Shown one piece after another: positions 1 to 11,743 of a DNA stretch of 64,000 nt. The DNA comes from an uncultured cyanobacterium (GTDB lineage: Bacteria; Cyanobacteriota; Cyanobacteriia; Cyanobacteriales; CAWCAG01), in the NCBI GenBank assembly GCA_963803805.1, contig CAWDOD010000002.1, forward strand, positions 864,001-928,000, read 5' to 3'. The position numbers were made by a program, and so were the translations under genes. Every line of letters starts with the position of its first letter. Position 1 is the stretch's first letter. The notes under the pieces were generated by a model. That model was not told the origin of the DNA. It did not search any database and saw only the letters and a program-made list of their open reading frames with translations.

Positions 1-512
1 TGGGTGCAGCAATTGGCCTAACGGCTGGTGCATCGGGGACTGATGCTGGTGCAGTAGGGCTTGGTGTTGGTATTTGGGCAGTTATTAGTCTGTTAATTGC
101 TCTATTTATTGGTAGTTGGGTAGCAGCAGCAGGTTGTAGCCCCATGAATAAAAAAACCGCATTGCTACATGGGCTAATTCTTTGGGCAACAACATTGGCT
201 ATAAGTGCTTGGCTATTGACTAGTGGCGTATCGGGAGCTTTTGGTATGGCAACTTCTAATGCCGGGGAAGTCTTAAACCAAGTACAGCAACCCGGAGGAG
301 TGGACATTCCTAACCAAGTTCCCAATGTATCACCTCAACAATTGCAACAAGTAGCAGGAAATTCTGCCAAAGCAGCTTGGTCATTTGTAATTGGCTCTTT
401 ACTCGGACTAGCCGCATCTCTGATTGGCTCTTCTGTTGGAGCCAAAAAGCCCAGACCAATTCGTACTGGAGTTGCTCCTATTCCTCAAACCGCAGAGAAT
501 TTCACTAGGTAG
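1..512 (+). CDS. 5'-truncated hypothetical multi-pass membrane protein (Gly/Ala-rich helices)
   Basis: The frame of ORF 144..512 is open back to base 3 (GAAIGLTAGASGTDAGAVGLGVGIWAVISLLIALFIGSW), with several hydrophobic helices. Confidence 0.75.
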   Translation, partial: GAAIGLTAGASGTDAGAVGLGVGIWAVISLLIALFIGSWVAAAGCSPMNKKTALLHGLILWATTLAISAWLLTSGVSGAFGMATSNAGEVLNQVQQPGGVDIPNQVPNVSPQQLQQVAGNSAKAAWSFVIGSLLGLAASLIGSSVGAKKPRPIRTGVAPIPQTAENFTR

Positions 513-581
513 AAAAGAATGGCGTTGGTGAACAGAGAATAGCATGAAATCATTCACCACCTCCCGCCATTCCGGCAAAGT

Positions 582-1775
582 CTATTGTTCATCAATTTTA
601 AGGGCTTCTTTAGCTGTTGTCCCTTCCCCTTGAAAGCCAAAATACCAAAGGGTAGCTGCTGCCTCAGCGCGGGTAACAGGTTTTTTCGGTTGAAAAATGG
701 TTATGTAACCGAAAGCACGGCGTATATTGGCTTGTTCGCCGTTTTGGAAATCTAAATACAGGGCAGGCAACACTTGAGGATTAATCTTGCTAGCATCTTG
801 AAAACCCCAGGTTTGTTGAATCGAATCTAAGGTTGTTTTCGGTAAAGCTTGGCGAGTATCTAAAGGGACTTTCCACCAGACTAAATCTTCCCTGGTTAAG
901 GGTGCATCAGGGCGAAAAAGCCCCGCATCAGTATTTCCAGTCAAAGAAGAAGGAATTAACCCTGCTTCTGCTAAACCTTGAATAACAGCAAAATCAGGGT
1001 CTGATTTTTTAACATCTTGGAAAGCAGGTTGTTGGGCATTCTCTATGAGGCGTATCTGTTTGCTGGGGGTATTTTCATAAAGCAAATTATTCGCTGTAAC
1101 CAACCAATTAGCATAGTCTCTGCGGGTAATAGTTTGATTAGGTTGAAACTGTTCATCTTGATTTTTACTACTTGATGAAGCGAAAACCCCTAATTTCCCT
1201 AATTCCTGAATATATTCAGTTAATTGGGGATTAATTTTATCAAGATCAAAAAATTCTTGAGGTGCATTTTTAACGACTGGCTTGGTTTTTAACGGAGTGG
1301 CTTCGCGCTGATATTCAATCAGAAATTCTGTACCTTTTTCCCCCTCTTCTTTAGTTGTCGGAGTAATCACAGAAACTTTCACTTCCAAATCATTCTTACT
1401 CGCAACTAAAGTACTATCATCTGCTACCTCAGAAGGTTCAACTTCCCAGTCATTCTTTTGAAATTCTTCTTGATAAAAACTAGCAATCAAATTACTAGGA
1501 TCTTCAGATTGCCAACGGGTAAGAGTACCTTTGCCAGCAGGTTTAGTTTCCAAACGTTTCGCTTCTGGATAGGTAGGAATTTCTTCAGGAAACTCTTCTG
1601 TTGCAGGAGTTGGTGTAGGAGTCGGCTTTTTAGCAGCAGTTTCAATGGTTTCAGGACTCTCTTGAAGCTGAGGATCTGGTGCTAACTTATTTTGTAGATC
1701 CTGACTACAAGCGTTTAAGCCCAGCAAACTGAATAGGAGAAAACTAGTAGCGAAGCGTCGATTAAACAATACCAT
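582..1775 (-). CDS. S-layer homology (SLH) domain lipoprotein
   Basis: Lipobox LLGLNAC; SLH-type motifs FQPNQTITRRDYA, FRPDAPLTREDL, FQPKKPVTRAEAAA. Confidence 0.85.
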   Translation of the reverse strand: MVLFNRRFATSFLLFSLLGLNACSQDLQNKLAPDPQLQESPETIETAAKKPTPTPTPATEEFPEEIPTYPEAKRLETKPAGKGTLTRWQSEDPSNLIASFYQEEFQKNDWEVEPSEVADDSTLVASKNDLEVKVSVITPTTKEEGEKGTEFLIEYQREATPLKTKPVVKNAPQEFFDLDKINPQLTEYIQELGKLGVFASSSSKNQDEQFQPNQTITRRDYANWLVTANNLLYENTPSKQIRLIENAQQPAFQDVKKSDPDFAVIQGLAEAGLIPSSLTGNTDAGLFRPDAPLTREDLVWWKVPLDTRQALPKTTLDSIQQTWGFQDASKINPQVLPALYLDFQNGEQANIRRAFGYITIFQPKKPVTRAEAAATLWYFGFQGEGTTAKEALKIDEQ

Positions 1776-2032
1776 TAAGCAAAAGGGAACAAAACATTCT
1801 TACTTAAGTTTAAGCTAACGCATCTGATACTTTTCTAGTAGTTTATCAATTTGTACAAAAATAAATTCTGGGTTTCCTCGCGTTAACTCAGCCTATAGTG
1901 ATTGTGCGATCGCAACTGTAGCAGAGGTTCGATAATTTCCCATTCTTTGTTTGTTCGGCTACTTGAGTATGTCATTATTCCCTGATTTCTGGTTTCACTG
2001 GGTAAGTCCTATCTCTTTTAATAGCCAAAAAT

Positions 2033-2060
2033 AAGCACTCACCGTTAACGGTGAGTGCTT
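2033..2060 (-). terminator. Perfect 28-bp palindrome downstream of ndhJ, likely terminator
   Basis: aagcactcaccgtt|aacggtgagtgctt, followed on the minus strand by ATTTTT. Confidence 0.7.
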
Positions 2061-2105
2061 TTACATAAAATTAGTTACCTTATACCATTTTTTAAACGGT
2101 ATTAC

Positions 2106-2636
2106 TTAATAAGCATCCTGTAATTCGTAAAAATCAGGGGAGATATAATCCTTGCGTAAAGGCCAGCCTACCCAATCCTCTGGCATAAGAATCCGCTTCA
2201 AATTAGGATGTCCTTCATAGACAATGCCATACATATCGTAGGTTTCTCTTTCTTGCCAATCAGCCGCTTTCCAAATCCAGTAAACTGAAGGAACTTGAGG
2301 CTGATCTCTCGGTAAAAATACTTTAACCCTAACCTCCTCTGGCCGATCAGCATTGTCACTGAGCTTAATAAGATGGTAGAAACTAACCAACTCCTTACCA
2401 GGGCCAAGATCATAGCCCCCTTGACATTGGAGATAGTTAAAACCGTAAGCAAATAAAGCAGTACAAATAGGAATAAGAAACTCTGCATCTACTTTAATTG
2501 TTTCAGTGCCTAAATGATCTCGTTCTAAAGCTTCATTATCAAAGCCATTTTCCCTTAACCAAGAGGAAACTTGACCAGCTTGGACAATTTCAGAACCTTC
2601 AGAGTTTTCTTCCTGTTTAGTCTCTTCTTCAGCCAC
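2106..2636 (-). CDS. ndhJ: NAD(P)H-quinone oxidoreductase subunit J
   Basis: [40 protein letters not shown]; third gene of ndhCKJ. Confidence 0.97.
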   Translation of the reverse strand: MAEEETKQEENSEGSEIVQAGQVSSWLRENGFDNEALERDHLGTETIKVDAEFLIPICTALFAYGFNYLQCQGGYDLGPGKELVSFYHLIKLSDNADRPEEVRVKVFLPRDQPQVPSVYWIWKAADWQERETYDMYGIVYEGHPNLKRILMPEDWVGWPLRKDYISPDFYELQDAY

Positions 2637-3378
2637 GCTCTACCTCCTCTTTTACTTTCTCCTGGAGAGGGGTTTGCATAGGCATACCTGTTGCCGCAGC
2701 TAATTCCTTGGGCGGTGCTTGGCGAGTTTCCGCTTCAATGTACTCTCCTGTGAGAATAGGAGCAACCGCTTTCATTTCATGGGGAATAGTATAATAGCGG
2801 TTGGTTTGCTCCATCACCGCACTTCTTTCTTGCAAGGATTCATTAGCAACCTTCTTACGCAGTTTGATAATGGCATCCATAATTGCTTCAGGGCGGGGAG
2901 GACAACCAGGAATATACACATCCACAGGGATTAATTTATCAACCCCCCTCACGGCACTAGGAGAATCCATACTAAACATTCCTCCAGTAATGGTACAAGC
3001 TCCCATGGCGATCGCATACTTTGGTTCAGGCATCTCTTCATAAAGCCTTACCAAAGCAGGAGCCATTTTCATGGTGATTGTACCTGCTGTGATGATCAAA
3101 TCAGCCTGACGGGGACTAGCACGGGGGACTAAACCGAAGCGGTCAAAATCGAACCTAGAGCCAATCATGGCTGCAAATTCAATAAAACAGCAAGCAGTAC
3201 CGTACATCATCGGCCAGAGACTAGAAAGTCTGGCCCAATTATAAAGGTCGTCTACTGTTGTTAAGATGACATTCTCTGATAAGTCTTGGGTGACTTGAGA
3301 ACTACTAACAGGATTAAAAATTTTGTTGGACTGCTCAGCAAAAGCAGCATCATTAGTTGAGTTAGAATTCATGACCAT
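2629..3378 (-). CDS. ndhK: NAD(P)H-quinone oxidoreductase subunit K
   Basis: [17 protein letters not shown] and IPGCPPRPE Fe-S motifs. Start probably MVMNSN (3378) rather than 3399. Confidence 0.96.
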   Translation of the reverse strand: MVMNSNSTNDAAFAEQSNKIFNPVSSSQVTQDLSENVILTTVDDLYNWARLSSLWPMMYGTACCFIEFAAMIGSRFDFDRFGLVPRASPRQADLIITAGTITMKMAPALVRLYEEMPEPKYAIAMGACTITGGMFSMDSPSAVRGVDKLIPVDVYIPGCPPRPEAIMDAIIKLRKKVANESLQERSAVMEQTNRYYTIPHEMKAVAPILTGEYIEAETRQAPPKELAAATGMPMQTPLQEKVKEEVERG

Positions 3379-3731
3379 TCTAGCGCTCCTTTTCTCCAAG
3401 CATATACAAGAGCAACCACAAGAATTGCGATGAAGATTAAAGCTTCGATGAAAGCTAGTAATCCCAATTGATTAAAGGCAACTGCCCAGGGATATAAGAA
3501 TACAGTTTCGACATCAAACACTACAAATACTAAAGCAAACATATAGTAGCGAATGTTGAATTGTATCCAGGCTCCACCAATTGGTTCCATACCAGATTCA
3601 TAGGTGGTACGTCTTTCCGGTCCACCAGTACGAGGTCGTAAAAGTTTAGAACCGGTTAACGCCAAAACAGGGACTGCGCTACAAATGAGCAAGAATCCCA
3701 AGAGATATTCGTAGCCACTAAGGACAAACAC
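3369..3731 (-). CDS. ndhC: NAD(P)H-quinone oxidoreductase subunit 3
   Basis: [22 protein letters not shown]...[12 protein letters not shown]...KGALEWS; GTG start. Confidence 0.97.
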   Translation of the reverse strand: MFVLSGYEYLLGFLLICSAVPVLALTGSKLLRPRTGGPERRTTYESGMEPIGGAWIQFNIRYYMFALVFVVFDVETVFLYPWAVAFNQLGLLAFIEALIFIAILVVALVYAWRKGALEWS

Positions 3732-3908
3732 TAGGAATTTCTAAGTTATAACTTCTTTACAATTACCTATTTATTATAAGGTCGATTGGTGAGTTAGTGG
3801 AGGGGGAAAATAAATTAATTGCCTTGAGAATCAATCTCAGATAACTGAATTAAACCAATTTATGCCATAATTTTTAACATACATTTAAGGTTTGCCTTCC
3901 TTTTCGCA

Positions 3909-4256
3909 ATGACTGAGCCTGGACAAGAACAGACACTTGCAGAACAAGCCCCTTCTCGTTATGAATGCCGTAGCTGCGGTTATGTTTATGAACCGAGTAA
4001 GGGAGATAACAAGAGTGATATCCCTCCTGGAACTCTATTTGAAGACTTGCCCAAGGGGTGGAAATGCCCTGTGTGCAGCGTTAGTCGCGCCCAGTTTAAG
4101 GATATAGGCTCTAGTGGCGCACCTTCAGGGTTTAAGGAAAATTTAGATTATGGCTTGGGGATAAATCGTTTAACTCCAGCCCAAAAAAACCTACTCATCT
4201 TTGGTGCTTTGGCTCTAGGCTTTATCTTTTTCCTTAGTCTTTATGGCTTGCAGTAA
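3909..4256 (+). CDS. rubA: Membrane-anchored rubredoxin RubA
   Basis: CRSCGYVY and WKCPVC pairs, C-terminal TM helix, conserved position before ycf48-psbEFLJ. Confidence 0.95.
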   Translation: MTEPGQEQTLAEQAPSRYECRSCGYVYEPSKGDNKSDIPPGTLFEDLPKGWKCPVCSVSRAQFKDIGSSGAPSGFKENLDYGLGINRLTPAQKNLLIFGALALGFIFFLSLYGLQ

Positions 4257-4338
4257 AGAGATTAAAAGTTAGTAGTTTTTCAGGAAGGCAACAAAAATAT
4301 ATATGAACAAATTTTCTTCATCATTTTCTTTAAGTGCT

Positions 4339-5343
4339 ATGAACTCCTTAGTGAGAAAGTTAAAACAAATAGTTGTCTTGGTAGCTGTTGTTTTATTTTG
4401 CGCAAGCTGTAGCAATATTAGTTCTTTAAGTAATAACCCTTGGAAACCTCTTCAGCTTCCTACCGAAGCAAGTTTCGCTGACATTGCTTTTACCAATAAT
4501 CCAAGCCATGGCTGGTTAGTTGGTACTAAAGCAACTTTATTTGAAACTACAGATGGAGGAGATACTTGGGAACAACGTAATTTAGACTTGGGGGAGGAAA
4601 AAGTCAGTTTTAACTCCGTAAGCTTTTCTGGAGAAGAGGGCTGGATTACTGGAGAACCGGCAATCTTACTACATACTAAAGACGGTGGCACAAATTGGTC
4701 ACGTATACCCTTAAGCGCAAAGCTACCTGGTGCGCCCTATAATATTGTTGCTTTAGGCCCTGATTCAGCCGAGATGGTAACAAACTTAGGAGCCATTTAT
4801 GAAACCACTAACGGTGGCCAAAATTGGCAAGCCTTAGTCCAAGGAGCAGTGGGTGTAGCCCGAAATATTGCCCGTTCTCCTGATGGAAGATACTTGGCTG
4901 TTTCTGCTAGAGGTAATTTTTATTCTACTTGGGAACCAGGGGACGATGAGTGGACACCCCACCAACGTAATTCTTCCCGACGGCTACAAAATATGGGCTT
5001 TGGCAAAGATGGGCGGCTTTGGCTTTTAGCTAGGGGGGGTCAGTTGCAATTTAGCTCTTTAGAAGAAAAAGAGATTTGGGATGAAACCAAATACCCAGAA
5101 ATTGCTGCTAGTTGGGGACTGCTTGATATGGGGTACCGTACTCCAGAAGAGATTTGGGTAGCTGGAGGAAGCGGTAACTTACTTCGTAGTAGCGATGGGG
5201 GTCAAACTTGGGAAAAAGATCGCGATGTAGAAGGTATTCCTTCTAACTTTTATGAAGTGATCTTCTTGAATTCTGAACAAGGATTTATTCTCGGTCAAAG
5301 AGGAACTTTACTCAAATATGAGCAACCCCAAGAAGCTGCTTAA
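4339..5343 (+). CDS. ycf48: Photosystem II assembly factor Ycf48 (HCF136)
   Basis: Lipoprotein signal, repeated T-D-G-G-x-(T/N)-W BNR motifs, RNSSRRLQNMGF, synteny. Start is 4339 or 4303. Confidence 0.95.
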   Translation: MNSLVRKLKQIVVLVAVVLFCASCSNISSLSNNPWKPLQLPTEASFADIAFTNNPSHGWLVGTKATLFETTDGGDTWEQRNLDLGEEKVSFNSVSFSGEEGWITGEPAILLHTKDGGTNWSRIPLSAKLPGAPYNIVALGPDSAEMVTNLGAIYETTNGGQNWQALVQGAVGVARNIARSPDGRYLAVSARGNFYSTWEPGDDEWTPHQRNSSRRLQNMGFGKDGRLWLLARGGQLQFSSLEEKEIWDETKYPEIAASWGLLDMGYRTPEEIWVAGGSGNLLRSSDGGQTWEKDRDVEGIPSNFYEVIFLNSEQGFILGQRGTLLKYEQPQEAA

Positions 5344-5427
5344 AAAAGACTGAGCTTGTAGTGAAGCTTACAAGTTCTTTATGATGTAAAGTGAATTTTA
5401 AAATGTTGTAAAAGGAGAACATTATCT

Positions 5428-5673
5428 ATGTCAGGTACAACTGGAGAACGACCATTTTCGGATATTGTTACTAGTGTCCGTTATTGGATCATCCATAGTA
5501 TTACCATTCCTATGCTTTTTATTGCAGGATGGCTATTTGTTAGCACCGGCTTAGCTTACGATGCTTTTGGTACACCTCGCCCGGATGAGTATTTTAGCCA
5601 AGATCGTCTAGAACTACCGATTGTTTCTGATAGATATCAAGCAAAAGATCAAATTAAAGAGTTTAGTAATTAA
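5428..5673 (+). CDS. psbE: Cytochrome b559 alpha subunit
   Basis: [36 protein letters not shown]. Confidence 0.99.
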   Translation: MSGTTGERPFSDIVTSVRYWIIHSITIPMLFIAGWLFVSTGLAYDAFGTPRPDEYFSQDRLELPIVSDRYQAKDQIKEFSN

Positions 5674-5699
5674 ATTGTTTTAAAATCAAGTAAAACACT

Positions 5700-5834
5700 A
5701 TGACAAGCAACAACCCAAATCAACCAGTTTCTTATCCCATTTTTACTGTTAGATGGATAGCTGTTCACACCCTAACAGTACCCACAGTATTTTTCTTAGG
5801 CGCGATCGCCGCAATGCAGTTTGTACAAAGGTAG
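5700..5834 (+). CDS. psbF: Cytochrome b559 beta subunit (44 aa, absent from the ORF track)
   Basis: Hand translation: [44 protein letters not shown]. Confidence 0.98.
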   Translation: MTSNNPNQPVSYPIFTVRWIAVHTLTVPTVFFLGAIAAMQFVQR

Positions 5835-5842
5835 AAAAAATA

Positions 5843-5962
5843 ATGGATCGTTCACCCAATCCAAATAAACAACCAGTTGAATTAAATCGTACATCCTTGT
5901 ACTTAGGTTTATTGTTAGTTTTTGTACTAGGAATCTTATTTTCTAGCTATTTCTTTAACTAA
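5843..5962 (+). CDS. psbL: Photosystem II protein L (39 aa)
   Basis: [39 protein letters not shown]; true start 5843. Confidence 0.98.
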   Translation: MDRSPNPNKQPVELNRTSLYLGLLLVFVLGILFSSYFFN

Positions 5963-6015
5963 CTAAAAGTTGATCAAGCTATTTTTTTCAGAACACAATT
6001 AGGAGATAAAAAAAT

Positions 6016-6135
6016 ATGTCTGGAGACGCGAGAATTCCCCTTTGGATCGTCGCAACTGTAGCAGGAATGGGCATCATTACTGTTGTCGGAATTTTCTTTT
6101 ACGGTGCTTATGCTGGGGTTGGTTCTTCTATGTAG
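6016..6135 (+). CDS. psbJ: Photosystem II protein J (39 aa, absent from the ORF track)
   Basis: Hand translation: [47 protein letters not shown] at 6001. Confidence 0.97.
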   Translation: MSGDARIPLWIVATVAGMGIITVVGIFFYGAYAGVGSSM

Positions 6136-6175
6136 AAGTTAAGACCCTTAGTAGTTAAAATTCAATTAAAATCTG

Positions 6176-6212
6176 AAGGCTAGCTGTTTTTAAAAATTCA
6201 GCTAGCCTTTTT
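6176..6212 (+). terminator. Rho-independent terminator of psbEFLJ
   Basis: aaggctagctg...cagctagcctt stem followed by a T tract. Confidence 0.8.
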
Positions 6213-6305
6213 GTAGTCTAGGTTTTCAAAACCGAGCCTGTAGCAAAGCCTTTTGACTTAAGACAAAGCGATGTTAATATTTGGTGACGAAACTTAAAAA
6301 AAACT

Positions 6306-7784
6306 TTGAAGGCAACAACTTTAAAAAACGAATGGTTCTCAGATATTCCCGGTAACTTATTAGCCGGAGTTGTCGTTGCCCTCGCTTTAATTCCAGAAGC
6401 GATCGCCTTTTCTATTGTGGCTGGGGTAGACCCGAAGGTTGGTTTATACGCTTCTTTTATCATGGCAGTGACTATTGCCTTTACTGGAGGTCGTCCAGGG
6501 ATGATTTCAGCGGCAACCGGGGCGATGGCCTTATTAATGGTTTATTTAGTTAAAGACCATGGCATAGAATACCTTTTTGCTGCGGGTATCCTGACTGGAA
6601 TTTTACAAATTATTTGGGGATTACTGCGGGTGGGGCGGCAAATGAAATATGTACCCCGTTCAGTTTTAGTAGGATTTGTCAATGCCCTAGCTATCTTAAT
6701 TTTCATGGCTCAACTGCCTCAGTTTGTGGGAGTGGGTTGGGAGATGTATGCTATGGTGGCTGGGGGTTTGGCGATTATCTATCTCTTGCCTCGCTTCACC
6801 AAGGCAGTACCTTCCCCCTTAATCGCTATTATTCTCCTCACTTTAATTGCTTTAATTGGTAATGTGAATGTTCCCACCGTAGGGGATATGGGAGATTTGC
6901 CTAGAACTTTACCAGCTTTCCACATCCCCCAAGTACCTTTCAATCTAGAAACCCTGAGAATTATTTTTCCCCACGCCCTCACCCTTTCAGCAGTGGGTTT
7001 GTTGGAATCTTTCTTAACAGCTTCAGTACTTGACGATCTTACTGATACCCTAAGCAATAAAAATCAAGAAGCGAGAGGCCAAGGCATCGCCAACATTATC
7101 ACTAACTTTTTCGGGGGTATGGCAGGTTGTGCCATGATTGGACAATCGGTTATCAATATTCAATCTGGGGGACGAACCCGTCTTTCTACCCTTAGTGCCG
7201 GGGTTTTCTTACTTCTTTTTATGCTAATTCTAGGGAGTTGGGTGGAAAGAATTCCTATGGCTGCATTGGTAGCAGTGATGATTATGGTTTCTATTGGAAC
7301 GTTTAATTGGAAGTCTTTGAATTTTAAACGCTTGCCGAAAAGCGAAACAACAGTGATGTTAGTTACAGTTGCTATTACTGTGATTACCCACAACCTGGCT
7401 TTAGGAGTGCTGTTTGGTGTTGCTTTAAGTACCTTATTCTTTTCTCGCAAAATTGCTCAATTGGTATTTGTAGAAAGTGAACTTAGCGCTGATGCTACCA
7501 AGCTAACTTACTATGTTAGTGGTCAAATCTTTTTCGTTTCTATTAACGATTTCTTGGCTGCCTTTGATTTTAGAGAAGATTTAGAATTGGTAATTATCGA
7601 TTTAACCCAAGCCCATTTATGGGATCAATCTGCTGTTGTTGCCATTGATAAAATCATTCTCAAGTTCCGTCGTAAGGGGGCTGAAGTTAAACTTGTGGGA
7701 CTTAATGAAGCTAGTGCCACACTATTAGATAAACTTGCTATCCACGATAAACCTGAAGGGTTAAAGGATTTAGCAAGTCACTGA
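6306..7784 (+). CDS. SulP-family inorganic anion transporter with C-terminal STAS domain
   Basis: [40 protein letters not shown]-like [15 protein letters not shown]. Confidence 0.92.
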   Translation: MKATTLKNEWFSDIPGNLLAGVVVALALIPEAIAFSIVAGVDPKVGLYASFIMAVTIAFTGGRPGMISAATGAMALLMVYLVKDHGIEYLFAAGILTGILQIIWGLLRVGRQMKYVPRSVLVGFVNALAILIFMAQLPQFVGVGWEMYAMVAGGLAIIYLLPRFTKAVPSPLIAIILLTLIALIGNVNVPTVGDMGDLPRTLPAFHIPQVPFNLETLRIIFPHALTLSAVGLLESFLTASVLDDLTDTLSNKNQEARGQGIANIITNFFGGMAGCAMIGQSVINIQSGGRTRLSTLSAGVFLLLFMLILGSWVERIPMAALVAVMIMVSIGTFNWKSLNFKRLPKSETTVMLVTVAITVITHNLALGVLFGVALSTLFFSRKIAQLVFVESELSADATKLTYYVSGQIFFVSINDFLAAFDFREDLELVIIDLTQAHLWDQSAVVAIDKIILKFRRKGAEVKLVGLNEASATLLDKLAIHDKPEGLKDLASH

Positions 7785-7851
7785 TTATTAGGTAATAGGT
7801 AATAGGTAATAGGTCTGTTTTTGATTTCTAAATCCCTCTACTCCTTTTAGT

Positions 7852-8721
7852 ATGAAAAAGATTCTTCTGTGTACTGATGGTTCGGCTTTCGCTCAAATTG
7901 GCTATGAATATGTTGCTTGGTTAGCCAAACAGATACCTATAGAAATTGAAGTTTTATATGTCACTGATAGACGCAAAGAACAAGCAGTACAAACCCATGA
8001 TTTTAGTGGCAATTTGGGCATTGATACTTACCAAGAATTGTTGGATAAGTTAGTAGATTTAGAGCATGAAAGGGCGAAGGTTAATCACCTTCGGGCAAAA
8101 ATGATTTTAGAAGCCGCTCAACAGTTTTTTCTTGACCATCACATCCCCCCGGAAACAATTACCCTAACCCATGAAACTGGTTTCCTGGTAGATAAATTTC
8201 ATGAACTGGAACAAGGGGCAGATTTAATTGTTTTAGGTAAGCGAGGGGAAACAGCTAATTTTGCCACAGAACATTTAGGAACCAATCTAGAACGTATTGT
8301 TCGTGCCAGTCATAAACCTTGTTTAGTTACTTCCCGCGACTTCCATGCCATAGAAAAGGTTTTGTTCGCCTACGATGGCAGTAAAAGTGTTGAGCAAGCA
8401 CTGCAATTTATTGGGCAAACACCTGTTTTTAAAGGCTTAGAAGTTCATATTGTTACCGTAGCCAAAAAATATGAAGATCAGGTGGCGATCGCTCGTTTAG
8501 AAAAAGCAGAAACAAGTTTGATTGAATGCGGGTTCAAGCCAGTTTGCCAATTACTGCAAGGTTATTCTGATGTGGCGATTGTTGACTATGCAAACAAAGA
8601 GAATATCGATTTTTTAGTCATGGGAGCTTACGGTCACAGTCGTATTCGTCATTTAGTACTTGGTAGTACCACTGCTCAAGTTCTGCGAAGTTCCCATATT
8701 CCTGTACTATTCTTTAGATAA
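7852..8721 (+). CDS. Universal stress protein (tandem USP domains)
   Basis: KKILLCTDGS, DLIVLGKRG, LFAYDGS, DFLVMGAYGHSRIRHLVLGSTT. Confidence 0.92.
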   Translation: MKKILLCTDGSAFAQIGYEYVAWLAKQIPIEIEVLYVTDRRKEQAVQTHDFSGNLGIDTYQELLDKLVDLEHERAKVNHLRAKMILEAAQQFFLDHHIPPETITLTHETGFLVDKFHELEQGADLIVLGKRGETANFATEHLGTNLERIVRASHKPCLVTSRDFHAIEKVLFAYDGSKSVEQALQFIGQTPVFKGLEVHIVTVAKKYEDQVAIARLEKAETSLIECGFKPVCQLLQGYSDVAIVDYANKENIDFLVMGAYGHSRIRHLVLGSTTAQVLRSSHIPVLFFR

Positions 8722-9101
8722 AAAAGCAACAATATATGACAAAAAAGTCTCTTTCACGAAAAAGTAAATTTGTCAAATATATTTTACTTTCGTCATAAAA
8801 CTTTTTTCTTCCTCCAACTCTTAAGCAAAGGATTTTTATCTTGACAATAACGTCTCATCTAGTTTGTGAATGTTGAAACTCACTTTAAGTTATAAAAAAC
8901 CCAGAATAACATTTCGCTAATATTGATTAAATCACGGATTTGCTTGCTTTGACAAGAATAATTTGCTTAATTTTTGACAAGTTTGAAGTTTTGTTATTTT
9001 AAAAATTCTAATGCTCAGGAATCAATAAGCCAGATTTTACTTATACGAACTTAGTTACATAAGTTTTGTACAGAGAAATTACAAATAATGAATATATTTC
9101 T

Positions 9102-9115
9102 GTAACAACCGCTAC
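9102..9115 (+). promoter_or_regulatory. NtcA-binding consensus upstream of a small membrane protein
   Basis: GTA-ACAACCGC-TAC (GTA-N8-TAC) 52 bp before ATG 9168. TAGAAT lies 18 nt downstream, which is non-canonical spacing. Confidence 0.6.
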
Positions 9116-9167
9116 TTTTTATTCTATTTGATGTAGAATGTACATAGATATAACTTAATTAATCATT

Positions 9168-9380
9168 ATGAACAGCCAAGATATTAACCACAACAATCCT
9201 TCTACTTTAAGTGCTTCCTCAGTTTCTAGTGATCATTCTGCTGTTAGCACAATTTTCTTAGTAGTTATTGCTTCCTTTATTTTCGGATTAATTCCTATTA
9301 TTGCCAGTTCCACCACCTCCGGAAACCAAAACGTCCCAGTTCTTGGCGAAGCTGGTGTTTGGAGTAGTTTAGGGAAATAA
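9168..9380 (+). CDS. Small hypothetical single-TM protein (70 aa)
   Basis: ATG-start ORF with a central hydrophobic helix; its stop codon directly abuts the narB stop. Confidence 0.6.
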   Translation: MNSQDINHNNPSTLSASSVSSDHSAVSTIFLVVIASFIFGLIPIIASSTTSGNQNVPVLGEAGVWSSLGK

Positions 9381-11600
9381 TTAAGCTCTTAATTCCGTAG
9401 TAACTTGCTCTTTGAGATTAGCCCGATTATCGGCTTCATTCAACTCAGCAGTAACAGGTACAAGCTGCACAGCACAAGCTTTTAACTCAGGTTGGAGGGA
9501 AGAAGGACAGGCTTCTGAATGAGTTAGGGCATTGACTTCCGCATCATCTGCCCACAAAGCACCCCAGTGCATTGGTGCAAACACTGTACCAGGAGCAATT
9601 GCTTTGGTAACTATGCTGGGCAAACGACAAGTACCGCGACGGGATCGCACTAAGAGCCAATCTCCATCTTTGATACCAACTTTTTTGGCATCATGGGGAT
9701 GGATTTCTAAAAAAGGCTCAGAGTGCATCTTGACAATCTTTTCGATGCGCCCGGTACGGGTTTGGGTATGCCAGTGGCCGTAAACCCTACCTATAGTTAA
9801 GACAAAAGGATAACCATCATCAGGAGGTTCTGCTAAACCTCGCGAATGGAACGCTGCGAAAACGGCTCTTTTATCCGGGGTATTAAATTGGAAATCTGTA
9901 TAAAGTCTTTTCCCATGGTCATTAGGAACATTGGCATTTTCTTGACCTTCCGGACAAGGCCATTGGATTGGCCCTTCTTTTTGCAAGCGTTCGTAACTAA
10001 TTCCTGTGACATCACAAGGGCGATCGCGGGTTAGTTGGGTAAACTCGGCATAAACAGCAGCCGAATCCGCAAAATTAAACTCTTTGCTAAAACCTAAACG
10101 TCGCCCCACCTCCGCGAAAATCTCCCAATCTGCTTTTGCTTCCCCTGGACGGTAGCGAAATTCAGGGCAAAGGGTAACAACTCGTTCTGAGTTGGTCATA
10201 GTGCCTGTTTTTTCACTCCACTGAGCAGCAGGGAGTAGTAAGTGGGCATAGTCTGAGGTTTCTGTAGGATAATATGAATCTTGATAAACAGTGAAGGGAG
10301 ACTTTCTTAAAGCTGCTTGAGTTCTGCGGATATCCGGCATACTCACTGCTGGATTAGTCGCCGCAATCCATAATAAACTCACCTCCCCTCGTTCCAATCC
10401 AGTAATCATACTCCAAGCATCTTTACCAGGATAAGGAGAAATACTACCTGATTCCAGTCCCCAAGCCTGTTCTACTTCAGCGCGATGTTGGGGATTCTTA
10501 ACAACTCGATAACCCGGTAAAATATGGGCCAGTCCTCCGGCTTCCCTTCCTCCCATGGCATTAGGCTGCCCTGTAAGAGAAAAAGGTCCTGCCCCTGGCT
10601 TGCCAATATTACCAGTCATAAGATGAAGGTTAATAATAGTCCGTACCTTAGCCGTACCTTCAGAAGATTGGTTAATCCCCATCGACCACATGGAGAGAAC
10701 ACGTTGAGAATTAGCCCAATAACGGGCGGCTTGTTCTAACTCATCCAGGCGAATGCCACACCTGCGGGCTACTAATTCTGGTGGGTAATAGGGAATAATT
10801 TCTGCATAGGCAGCGAAGTCTTTGGTACAGCTATCAATAAAAAGGGTATCCAATTTACCCCAACCCATCAAAAGATGAGCAATACCATTAAGTAAGTCAA
10901 TATCTGTGCCTGGTTTAATAGCTAAGTGCAAATCCGCAACTTCTGCTGTTGGGGTTTTGCGGGGATCAACCACAATCATTTTCACATGGCGATTTTTTTT
11001 GTGATGCTTCCGCAAGCGATTAAAAACGATGGGGTGACATTCTGCGGTGTTCGTACCAATCAAAAAAGCACAATCGGTTTCTTCTAGGTCATCGTAACAA
11101 CAAGGGGGGCCATCGGAACCAAAACTTTGACTATAACCAGCCACTGCTGAGGACATACAAAGACGGGAGTTGGCATCAAAGTTGTTAGTGCCAAGACAAC
11201 CTTTAAGCAGTTTTTGGGCAGTATAATAATCTTCGGTTTGAAATTGTCCAGAACCATACATACAAATAGCTTCCGGACTTTGAGTAAGGCGAATATTTTT
11301 GATTTTCTCTACTATATGTTCAAAAGCTTCTTCCCAACTCACGCGGCGAAATGGTTCAGTTAAAGACTCCCGGAACATGGGATATTTAAGACGGTCTTTA
11401 TCTAAGGATTCAGCAATGGTTGCTCCCTTGACACAAACTTGTCCTTTACTAGAAGGATGCTCGCGATCGCCCCTCACTCTCCAGAGCGGATTTCCTTGGC
11501 TATCGCGATTTGTCGGACGACCAGGAATTGCAGGAGGAGAAACTTCCAGCCCACAACCAACGCCACAGTAAGGACAAAGAGTTTTTGCTGAATCGGTCAT
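9381..11600 (-). CDS. narB: Ferredoxin-nitrate reductase
   Basis: CPYCGVGCG...CVKG 4Fe-4S motif, [29 protein letters not shown]. Confidence 0.97.
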   Translation of the reverse strand: MTDSAKTLCPYCGVGCGLEVSPPAIPGRPTNRDSQGNPLWRVRGDREHPSSKGQVCVKGATIAESLDKDRLKYPMFRESLTEPFRRVSWEEAFEHIVEKIKNIRLTQSPEAICMYGSGQFQTEDYYTAQKLLKGCLGTNNFDANSRLCMSSAVAGYSQSFGSDGPPCCYDDLEETDCAFLIGTNTAECHPIVFNRLRKHHKKNRHVKMIVVDPRKTPTAEVADLHLAIKPGTDIDLLNGIAHLLMGWGKLDTLFIDSCTKDFAAYAEIIPYYPPELVARRCGIRLDELEQAARYWANSQRVLSMWSMGINQSSEGTAKVRTIINLHLMTGNIGKPGAGPFSLTGQPNAMGGREAGGLAHILPGYRVVKNPQHRAEVEQAWGLESGSISPYPGKDAWSMITGLERGEVSLLWIAATNPAVSMPDIRRTQAALRKSPFTVYQDSYYPTETSDYAHLLLPAAQWSEKTGTMTNSERVVTLCPEFRYRPGEAKADWEIFAEVGRRLGFSKEFNFADSAAVYAEFTQLTRDRPCDVTGISYERLQKEGPIQWPCPEGQENANVPNDHGKRLYTDFQFNTPDKRAVFAAFHSRGLAEPPDDGYPFVLTIGRVYGHWHTQTRTGRIEKIVKMHSEPFLEIHPHDAKKVGIKDGDWLLVRSRRGTCRLPSIVTKAIAPGTVFAPMHWGALWADDAEVNALTHSEACPSSLQPELKACAVQLVPVTAELNEADNRANLKEQVTTELRA

Positions 11601-11684
11601 TGCTTCCTGGTTTAATAACTTGATTACTTTTAAGCGGTGTATATAAAAAAATAAATTTGTTAACTGGGATTGAGAGTGAAGTTA

Positions 11685-11710
11685 GGGCAATCTACAATTT
11701 AAGATTGCCC
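11685..11710 (-). terminator. Stem-loop between nrtP and narB (attenuator or mRNA stabiliser)
   Basis: gggcaatct-acaattta-agattgccc inverted repeat without a clear U tract. Confidence 0.45.
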
Positions 11711-11743
11711 CGTCCTTCTTTTTCATGCTTTTACCAAAAGCGA

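Noticed and set aside
5753-5842. N-terminal extension of the psbL ORF
   Set aside because: Overlaps psbF; the real PsbL begins at 5843.
9068-9082. GTA-N9-TAC upstream of the small ORF
   Set aside because: Spacer is one base too long for NtcA.
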